Shown here piece by piece: positions 57,487 to 64,000 of a DNA stretch of 64,000 bases. This stretch comes from an uncultured Eubacteriales bacterium (GTDB taxonomy: Bacteria; Bacillota; Clostridia; Oscillospirales; CAG-272): contig CAKRNO010000002.1 in assembly GCA_934371135.1 (NCBI GenBank), forward strand, positions 69,708-133,707. Direction: 5' to 3'. Below the pieces are notes generated by a model. The model had not been told where the DNA came from. It made no database searches and saw only the letters and a list, made by a program, of their open reading frames with translations. Within the stretch, counting starts at the first letter, position 1; every line of letters begins with the position of its first letter. A program made the translations under genes and the position numbers.

Positions 57487-58336
57487 CCGGCTCCGCTCCG
57501 CGCTCGACCGTGCGGACGCGGTCGTCATCGGCGCGGGTGCCGGGCTCTCCGCGGCGGCGGGCTATACCTATGACGGCGAGCGGTTCCGCCGCCATTTCGC
57601 GGATTTTGAAGCCGCGTACGGCTTCCGCGATATGTACACCGGCGGATTCTACCCTTACGCCTCACCGGAAGAATACTGGGCGTACTGGAGCCGCTATATC
57701 TTCATCAACCGCTATGAGGACGCCCCGAAGCCTCTGTACCGGACGCTCCTGCACCTCGTCCGGGAGAAGGACTATTTCGCGCTCACCACCAACGTTGACC
57801 ACTGTTTCCAGAAGGCAGGCTTTGACAAAAAGCGCCTGTTTTATACGCAGGGGGACTATGGGCTGTTCCAGTGCAGTGCACCCTGCTGCCAAAAGACGTG
57901 GGATAACGAAGCTGTGATCCGGCAGATGGTCGCAGAGCAGCGTGACCGCCGTATTCCGACAGACCTCCTCCCGCGCTGCCCCTATTGCGGGCGCCCTGCC
58001 ACCGTGAACCTGCGCGCCGACGACCTCTTTGTCGAGGATGCCGGCTGGCACGCGGCGGCGGAGCGCTATGCGGATTTCCTGCGTACGCGCGGACGGCAGA
58101 GGGTGCTGTACCTGGAGCTCGGCGTCGGCTACAACACCCCAGGCATCATCAAGTACCCATTCTGGCAGATGACGGCGAGGAACCCCCGCGCCGTCTTTGC
58201 CTCGGTGAACCTCGGCGGCACCTTTGCTCCCCCGGAGATCGCCGACCGCTCCCTTTGCCTCACGGGTGATATCGGAGAGGTCCTGACCGCCCTCGACAAA
58301 GGCGGTCAGGACGGGCGTATCACCGTGGAGCCGTAA
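57431..58336 (+). CDS. SIR2-family protein, macrodomain-linked class M sirtuin (probable NAD-dependent protein ADP-ribosyltransferase)
   Basis: VVIGAGAGLSAAAG, TTNVDHCF, zinc ribbon CSAPCC...CPYCG. ATG 57431 has a GAGGTG SD 7 nt upstream and lies 56 nt inside the macro gene. An alternative GTG at 57479 would overlap by 8 nt. Confidence 0.8.
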   Translation: MSLKNRISFFTGGCSAVTDRLRSALDRADAVVIGAGAGLSAAAGYTYDGERFRRHFADFEAAYGFRDMYTGGFYPYASPEEYWAYWSRYIFINRYEDAPKPLYRTLLHLVREKDYFALTTNVDHCFQKAGFDKKRLFYTQGDYGLFQCSAPCCQKTWDNEAVIRQMVAEQRDRRIPTDLLPRCPYCGRPATVNLRADDLFVEDAGWHAAAERYADFLRTRGRQRVLYLELGVGYNTPGIIKYPFWQMTARNPRAVFASVNLGGTFAPPEIADRSLCLTGDIGEVLTALDKGGQDGRITVEP

Positions 58337-58342
58337 AACAAT

Positions 58343-58372
58343 AGCCGCGGCAGATGCCGCGGCTGTCGTTTT
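58343..58372. terminator. Bidirectional terminator between the sirtuin gene and pflA
   Basis: AGCCGCGGC-N4-GCCGCGGCT followed by GTCGTTTT on the plus strand and ATTGTTTT on the minus strand. Confidence 0.8.
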
Positions 58373-58399
58373 GAAAGTTGAGCGGCGCGTCGGGCGCCC

Positions 58400-59149
58400 T
58401 CACTCACATAAGATTTTCTTTGCCCTCGCAACGGCGTCCGCGGTCGGCGCCGGTACGCCGGCGAGCCGGTAGGCGATGCCGAGTTTTTCATATTTCGGCA
58501 CGCCGAGCGCATGATACGGCAGCACCTCCACGCGTTCCACCGCCGTCGGCGAGATTTCCCGCAGGCTGTCGATAAAGGCGCGGAGCGCGAGGAGATCCCC
58601 CTCGTCGTCCGTGTATCCCGGTACGAGCACGCGGCGGATCCACATCCGCCCGTCATGCGCGGCGATATACCGCGCGAAGTCCAGGATGTTCTCGTTCTCG
58701 ACCCCCGTCAACTGACGGTGCTTTTCGGGGTCGATGAGCTTGATGTCCAGGAGAAACAGGTCGGTCAGATCAAAGAGCGGACGGAAACGCCCGAGCCACG
58801 CTTCCTCCCGCGTGAACGGGTGCCCTGCGGTGTCAATCGTGGTGTGGACGCCCTTGCCCTTTGCGAGCCGAAAGAGCTCCGTGACGAAGTCCATCTGCAT
58901 CAAAGCCTCGCCGCCGCTGACCGTGATGCCCCCGCCGTTCTTCCAGTAATGATGATAGCGGTACGCGGCGGCGAACGCCTCCTCCGGCGTTGCCGTATAG
59001 CTCCCGGGCGCCTCCTTTGCCCAGGTCTCCGGGTTGTGGCAGTAGAGGCAGCGCATGGGGCAACCCTGCAGAAAGAGGATATAACGCACGCCGGGGCCGT
59101 CCACCGCCCCGAACGTTTCGATGCTGTTGATGACGCCTTTTGTACACAT
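58400..59149 (-). CDS. pflA: Pyruvate formate-lyase activating enzyme (radical SAM)
   Basis: 249 aa. VDGPGVRYILFLQGCPMRCLYCHNPETW (CxxxCxxC). Confidence 0.96.
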   Translation of the reverse strand: MCTKGVINSIETFGAVDGPGVRYILFLQGCPMRCLYCHNPETWAKEAPGSYTATPEEAFAAAYRYHHYWKNGGGITVSGGEALMQMDFVTELFRLAKGKGVHTTIDTAGHPFTREEAWLGRFRPLFDLTDLFLLDIKLIDPEKHRQLTGVENENILDFARYIAAHDGRMWIRRVLVPGYTDDEGDLLALRAFIDSLREISPTAVERVEVLPYHALGVPKYEKLGIAYRLAGVPAPTADAVARAKKILCE

Positions 59150-59170
59150 GGCGCAAGCCTCCTTTGGAGA

Positions 59171-59201
59171 AAGAAACCTTGCCGCTCGGGCAAGGTTTCT
59201 T
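59171..59201 (-). terminator. Intercistronic hairpin (partial terminator) between pflB and pflA
   Basis: 13-bp stem AAGAAACCTTGCC / GGCAAGGTTTCTT with a 5-nt loop. The U-tract is only partial. Confidence 0.5.
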
Positions 59202-59218
59202 TAAATTCTGACGGCAGA

Positions 59219-61474
59219 TCAGATGCTGTCGTGGAAGGTTCTGCTGATGACGTCCAGCTGCTGCTCGCGCGTCAGCGAAATGAACTTGACGGCGTAGCCG
59301 GAGACGCGGATGGTGAAGTTGGCGTACTCGGGCTTCTCCGGGTGCTCCATCGCGTCGATCAGCTTCTCTTTACCGAAGACGTTGACGTTGAGGTGGTGCG
59401 CCCCCTGGTCGAAGTAACCGTCGAGGATGTTCACGAGGTTTGCCGCTCTCTCCTCATCCGTATGACCGAGCGCGCTCGGGTTCATCGCCTGGGTGTTGGA
59501 GATACCGTCGAGCGCCCAGTGATACGGGAGCTTGGTCAGCGAGTTGAGCGACGCGAGCAGACCGTGCTTTTCGGCACCGTAGGACGGGTTGGCACCCGGT
59601 GCGAAAGGCGTCCATGCCTCGCGCCCGTCGGGGAGCTCCCCGGTGAACTTACCGTACACCACGTTCGAGGTGATGGTCAGGATCGACGTCGTCGCCTCGG
59701 AGTTGCGGTAGGTGTGATGCTTCTTGATATCATCAAGGAAGGTCTTCAGGAGCCAGACACCGATTTCGTCGGCACGGTCATCGTCGTTACCGTACCGCGG
59801 GAAGTCCTCGCTGTCCCGCTCGAAGCCGCAGGCGAGCCCCTGCTCGTTGCGCTTGACCTTGACGCGCGTGTACTTGATGGCGCTGAGCGAGTCGATCACG
59901 TGCGAGAAGCCCGCAATCCCGGTCGCGAAGGTGCGGCGGACATCGGTGTCGATGAGCGCCATTTCAGCCGCCTCGTAGTAGTACTTGTCGTGCATATACT
60001 GAATGAGGTTCAGCGTATTGACGTACAGCCCGGCGAGCCAGTCCAGCATCATCTTATACTTGGTGATGACCTCGTCATAGTCCAGGTATTCGGAGGTAAT
60101 GGGCGCATAGTTCGGACCGACCTGCTTGCCGCTCTTGAGGTCTACGCCGCCGTTGATGGCGTAGAGGAGCGCTTTCGCGAGGTTGGCTCTCGCACCGAAG
60201 AACTGCATCTCCTTCCCCGTCTGCGTCGCGGAGACACAGCAGCAGATGGAGTAGTCGTCGCCCCAGACCGGCTTCATCACGTCGTCGTTCTCATACTGGA
60301 TGGAGGACGTCGCGACGGAGATCTTGGCGGCGTATTTCTTGAAGCCGTCCGGCAGATGGCTGCTGTAAAGGACGGTGAGGTTCGGCTCGGGCGAGGGGCC
60401 CATGTTTTCGAGCGTGTGCAGGAAACGGAAGTCGTTCTTCGTCACCATGGAGCGGCCGTCAACGCCGATGCCGCCCACCTCCAGCGTTGCCCACACCGGG
60501 TCACCGGAGAACAGCTCGTTATAGGACTTGATACGCGCGAACTTGACCATACGGAACTTCATGACCAGGTGATCGATGAGCTCCTGCGCCCCCTCCTCGG
60601 TCAGGGTGCCGTTATCGAGGTCTCTCTGGATGTAAATATCCAGGAAAGCGGAGATACGACCGACGGACATCGCGGCGCCGTTCTGCGTCTTGATGGCGGC
60701 GAGGTCGCCGAAGTACAGCCATTGCACCGCCTCGCTCGCATTCTTCGCCGGTGCGGAAATGTCGTAGCCATAGACCGCCGCCATTTCCTTCATGCCCTTG
60801 AGCGCCCGGATCTGGTCGCTGATCTCCTCGCGCAGACGGATGATGTCGTCCGTCATGGTGCCGTCGCCGCAGTTGTGCTTGTCCTCCTCTTTCCAGGCGA
60901 TCAGCTGATCGATACCGTAGAGCGCCACGCGGCGGTAGTCACCGACGATGCGCCCGCGCCCGTAGGTGTCAGGGAGCCCGGTAATGATGTGGCTGCTGCG
61001 CGCGGCACGCATCTCGGGCGTGTAGGCGTCGAAAACGCCCTGGTTGTGTGTCTTGTGGTATTCGTTGAACACCTTGTGCAGCTCGGGGTCGACATGGTAG
61101 CCGTACATTTCGCAGGCTTCCTCTGCCATCTTGATGCCGCCGAACGGCATGAACGCGCGCTTGAGCGGCTTGTCGGTCTGGAGGCCGACGACGCGTTCAA
61201 GATCCTTCATGGATTCATCAATATACCCGGGACCGTAAGCGGTGAGCCCCGAGACGATCTTCGTCTCCTCATCGAGCACCCCGCCGCGTTCACGCTCGAG
61301 CTTCTGCAGCTCCTGCAGTTTTCCCCACAGTTTGTCCGTTGCCTCCGTCGGTCCCACGAGGAAGCTCTCGTCTCCGTTATACGGCTTGTAGTTCTTCTGG
61401 ATAAAATCCCGGACGTTACATTCGAGCTTCCATTCCCGACCGGCAAAGCCGTTCCACGCACTATTTTCGAGCAC
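59219..61474 (-). CDS. pflB: Formate C-acetyltransferase (pyruvate formate-lyase)
   Basis: Start reassigned to GTG 61474, 8 nt after AAGGAG ([15 protein letters not shown]...[10 protein letters not shown]). Active-site ICCCVSA. Glycyl-radical motif RVSGYAVKF. 751 aa. Confidence 0.95.
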   Translation of the reverse strand: MLENSAWNGFAGREWKLECNVRDFIQKNYKPYNGDESFLVGPTEATDKLWGKLQELQKLERERGGVLDEETKIVSGLTAYGPGYIDESMKDLERVVGLQTDKPLKRAFMPFGGIKMAEEACEMYGYHVDPELHKVFNEYHKTHNQGVFDAYTPEMRAARSSHIITGLPDTYGRGRIVGDYRRVALYGIDQLIAWKEEDKHNCGDGTMTDDIIRLREEISDQIRALKGMKEMAAVYGYDISAPAKNASEAVQWLYFGDLAAIKTQNGAAMSVGRISAFLDIYIQRDLDNGTLTEEGAQELIDHLVMKFRMVKFARIKSYNELFSGDPVWATLEVGGIGVDGRSMVTKNDFRFLHTLENMGPSPEPNLTVLYSSHLPDGFKKYAAKISVATSSIQYENDDVMKPVWGDDYSICCCVSATQTGKEMQFFGARANLAKALLYAINGGVDLKSGKQVGPNYAPITSEYLDYDEVITKYKMMLDWLAGLYVNTLNLIQYMHDKYYYEAAEMALIDTDVRRTFATGIAGFSHVIDSLSAIKYTRVKVKRNEQGLACGFERDSEDFPRYGNDDDRADEIGVWLLKTFLDDIKKHHTYRNSEATTSILTITSNVVYGKFTGELPDGREAWTPFAPGANPSYGAEKHGLLASLNSLTKLPYHWALDGISNTQAMNPSALGHTDEERAANLVNILDGYFDQGAHHLNVNVFGKEKLIDAMEHPEKPEYANFTIRVSGYAVKFISLTREQQLDVISRTFHDSI

Positions 61475-61559
61475 GATGATTTCTCCTTTACTATGTTTTT
61501 CCTGAAATGCATCCGTCTGCGTCAAACGCCACTTCCGCATTTTCCTTTTAGTATTACTT

Positions 61560-61588
61560 ATCATATCATGCTTTTTCAAATAATTCAA
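61560..61588 (-). promoter_or_regulatory. Sigma-A-type promoter of pflBA
   Basis: On the minus strand: TTGAAT (61588-61583), 17 nt, extended -10 TGATATGAT (TATGAT 61565-61560). Confidence 0.6.
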
Positions 61589-61730
61589 TCCCTACCGTGC
61601 AGGCAATGAGCCCAAAATGCACAATCGGCGCCAGATTTTTTGGGGAAATTGGTGGCTTCCGGAGAAACCGTGCACAAAAACCGCCGAGGTACGGGACGCG
61701 TACGCCGGATCGCCTGTCTGCCCGTTCTGC

Positions 61731-61769
61731 CAAAACGAGCCGGACGCCCAACCCATCGGGCGTCCGGCT
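61731..61769 (-). terminator. Rho-independent terminator after ogt
   Basis: 12-bp stem AGCCGGACGCCC / GGGCGTCCGGCT with an 8-nt loop, followed by CGTTTTGG on the minus strand. Confidence 0.8.
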
Positions 61770-61777
61770 ATCGTTGC

Positions 61778-62314
61778 CTATGACAGCGCGGTGTCTTTCT
61801 TCGGGACAAACATCCGGCGCATATCGGCGCGCTCCAGTGTCAGCAGCCCGACTTTCTTGTCGATGCCGCCCGCATATCCCGTCAGGCTTCCGTTTGACCC
61901 GACGACACGGTGGCAGGGGATGATGATCGAGATCCCGTTGTGCCCGACGGCGCCGCCGACCGCCTGTGCGGACATTGTTTCGAGCCCCCCCTCTGCCGCG
62001 AGCTGCCTGGCAATGTCGCCGTATGTGACGGTTTTTCCGTAAGGAATCTGCAAAAGTATTTTCCAGACCTCCTGCCGGAAAGGAGAGCCGACGGGATGCA
62101 GAGGCGGTAGAAAATCCGGCTCCGCCCCGTCAAAATAAATATCAAGCCAACGCCTGGCTTCGGAGAGGACCGGCGTTTCCCTCTCCGTGCGTTCGTCCGA
62201 CAGACCGCGCGCAAAGTATTTTTGCCCATCGAACCAAAGCCCCCTCATGCCGACCTCATCTGCCGCGAGCAGGATACCGCCGAGAGGAGAGCTGTACCGG
62301 GATGTGTAGATCAT
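61778..62314 (-). CDS. ogt: Methylated-DNA--protein-cysteine methyltransferase
   Basis: 178 aa. Active site IIIPCHRVVGSNGSLTGYAGG. Confidence 0.93.
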   Translation of the reverse strand: MIYTSRYSSPLGGILLAADEVGMRGLWFDGQKYFARGLSDERTERETPVLSEARRWLDIYFDGAEPDFLPPLHPVGSPFRQEVWKILLQIPYGKTVTYGDIARQLAAEGGLETMSAQAVGGAVGHNGISIIIPCHRVVGSNGSLTGYAGGIDKKVGLLTLERADMRRMFVPKKDTALS

Positions 62315-62481
62315 TTCTGTTTCCTTCTGCTTTTCGTTTTTTCGCCATCCTGCATCTCCGGGGTCGCGCCGCCCGCCTGCCCGTGCCGCATGCCGTCCTC
62401 AAACGCTTTTACGGCAAGAAGTATGAGCGCCGCGTGCAGGATCATCCCCTGACAAAAATCGCTTTATCAGTAAACACGTTT

Positions 62482-62510
62482 ATTATATCATGGCGAATAT
62501 GTCCCTGCAA
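62482..62510 (-). promoter_or_regulatory. Sigma-A-type promoter upstream of ogt
   Basis: On the minus strand: TTGCAG (62510-62505), 17 nt, extended -10 TGATATAAT (TATAAT 62487-62482). Confidence 0.6.
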
Positions 62511-62550
62511 GCTCCCTTTGCCGTTCGGCTGTGGGTATTCCGTTTCCGTT

Positions 62551-63963
62551 TCAGACGACCTGCCCCTCCCCGGAGGCGGGGCGAAGCCGGCGATAGGTCT
62601 TCCGGATGATGACCGCCGACACGAGGGCCGTCAGTATATCTGCCGCGGGCATGGAATAGAGCACCCCGTCCAGCCCGAAGAAGTGCGGCAGGAGCAGTGC
62701 CAGCCCGACACCGAAGACAATTTCACGGACCATGGAGAGCATGGTCGATTCTACGGCGTTGCCCATTGCCTGCAAAAAGATGAAGGTGGCTTTATTGACG
62801 CAGGCGAGGATCATCATGCAGAGATAGATACGGAACGCCCTGACCGCAAAATCCGTATAATACACGCTTTCGTTTTTTGCCCCGAAAATGCCGATGAGCA
62901 TTTGCGGGAACAGCTCGACGATCACCAGCGCCACAGCGCCGAGGACGGCTTCCGAGATCAGGAGCGTGGTAAACAGTTTTTTGACCCGCCCGGGCTGATT
63001 TGCCCCCATATTGTACCCGACGATCGGGATACAGCCTGCCGCCATGCCGATGACGACGGAGATCACGATCTGAAAGAACTTCATCACGATGCCGACGACC
63101 GCCATCGGGATCTGTGCGTACTGCTCCTCTCCGAAGACGGGGTCCTGCGCTCCGTATTTGCGGAGCATATTGTTGATCGCCGCCATGGCAGCCACCAGCG
63201 AGATCTGCGCGAGAAAGCTGCATAGCCCGAGCGATACGATCCGTCCGATGACGCTCTTTTCCGGCACGAAGGAAGTCCTGTCGAGTCTGACGCTCTTTGT
63301 GTGGAACAGGTACCACACCGCCAGAGCCGCCGTCAGGATCTGACCGATTACGGTCGCGACTGCGGCGCCCATCATGCCCCATTTGCAGACGAAAATGAAA
63401 ATGGGGTCCAGTATGATATTCGTGACGGCGCCAGCCAGTGTGGAGACCATCGCGAATTTGGGACTCCCGTCGGCACGGATGACGGGATTCATCGCCTGCC
63501 CGAACATATAGAACGGGAGCCCGATGGTGATATAAAAGAAATATTCTTTCGACAGGTCGAACGTTTCCGCATTGACCCGCCCGCCGAAGACGGTGATCAG
63601 GGCATCATCAAAGACGATGTACAACACCGTCAGAAGACACCCTGCTCCGACAGTCAGCAGGACAGCGTTCCCGACGGAATGTCGCGCTTCCTCTTTCTTC
63701 CCGCCCCCCAGCAGACCGCTGACCATGGCACAGCATCCGTCACCGAAGCAGACCGCGATGCCGAGCGTGATCACGGTCAGCGGGAACACGACGGTATTTG
63801 CCGCGTTGCCGTGGGAGCCGAGGTAGCTTGCATTGGCGATAAAGATCTGATCGACAATGTTATACAGTGCCCCGACCAAAAGGGAGATGACGCAGGGGAC
63901 GGCGTATTTCCGCATGAGCCTCCTCACCTTTTCGGTAGCGAGAAAATCCTGTGCTTTTTCCAT
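62551..63963 (-). CDS. MATE-family multidrug efflux transporter
   Basis: 470 aa, 12 TM. N-terminus LMRKYAVPCVISLLVGALYNIVDQIFI is typical of MATE/NorM-like pumps. Confidence 0.9.
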   Translation of the reverse strand: MEKAQDFLATEKVRRLMRKYAVPCVISLLVGALYNIVDQIFIANASYLGSHGNAANTVVFPLTVITLGIAVCFGDGCCAMVSGLLGGGKKEEARHSVGNAVLLTVGAGCLLTVLYIVFDDALITVFGGRVNAETFDLSKEYFFYITIGLPFYMFGQAMNPVIRADGSPKFAMVSTLAGAVTNIILDPIFIFVCKWGMMGAAVATVIGQILTAALAVWYLFHTKSVRLDRTSFVPEKSVIGRIVSLGLCSFLAQISLVAAMAAINNMLRKYGAQDPVFGEEQYAQIPMAVVGIVMKFFQIVISVVIGMAAGCIPIVGYNMGANQPGRVKKLFTTLLISEAVLGAVALVIVELFPQMLIGIFGAKNESVYYTDFAVRAFRIYLCMMILACVNKATFIFLQAMGNAVESTMLSMVREIVFGVGLALLLPHFFGLDGVLYSMPAADILTALVSAVIIRKTYRRLRPASGEGQVV

Positions 63964-64000
63964 GGAAAGTGTTTCCTCCGTAAAAAAATAATGCGTAAGT

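Noticed and set aside
57431-58336. SIR2-domain protein as an antiphage NADase (Thoeris ThsA, DSR, SIR2-HerA type)
   Set aside because: It is small (301 aa) with an intact sirtuin-type zinc ribbon. It has no SLOG, TIR, HerA or Argonaute partner. It is translationally entangled with a Zn-type macrodomain, the signature of the SirTM protein-modification class rather than a defence effector.
58511-61609. 1032-aa plus-strand ORF, the longest in the track
   Set aside because: It is antisense to pflA, the pflA-pflB spacer and pflB, all of which have diagnostic motifs. It has no recognisable domain and a composition typical of the reverse complement of a GC3-rich gene.
1-64000. Search for rRNA, tRNA, CRISPR arrays, transposases, integrases, prophage genes and tandem repeat arrays
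   Set aside because: I saw none in any intergenic region or ORF translation. The window appears to be stable core chromosome. A tRNA or Infernal scan would be needed to exclude small RNAs formally.

Overview
GC-rich (about 60% by eye, not computed) chromosomal segment from what looks like a spore-forming anaerobic Firmicute, probably Clostridia. That call rests on gene content only and I cannot verify taxonomy here. Most of the window is conserved housekeeping. It contains trkAH, an aguB-aguD-aguA-aguC agmatine deiminase operon and aroK. A Re-citrate-synthase/aconitase/isocitrate-dehydrogenase operon and rubrerythrin follow. On the minus strand lies a complete S10-spc-alpha ribosomal protein cluster (rpsJ to rplQ), including two short genes missing from the ORF track (rpmJ, rpmD). 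Further on are polA, a SpoVID/SipL-like sporulation gene, ackA, topB, pheST, T-box-controlled serS, pflBA, ogt and a MATE pump. I found no rRNA, tRNA, CRISPR array, transposase or integrase. Many tracked ORFs are long antisense artefacts typical of GC-rich DNA. Several real genes needed their 5' ends trimmed to starts with a Shine-Dalgarno (SD) site. The most unusual region is a compact divergent six-gene locus at 54.2-58.4 kb. One arm is hxlR, a TfoX-N-like gene and an RNase III-family gene. The other arm is an MBL-like gene, a Zn-type macrodomain and a macrodomain-linked (class M) sirtuin, without the GcvH-L/LplA2 partners described for that sirtuin class. Second in interest is an orphan REC/HD-GYP/PAS-like/Cys-rich/GGDEF protein with a ~200-nt structured leader. 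All functional calls come from motif recognition by eye; no searches were run.
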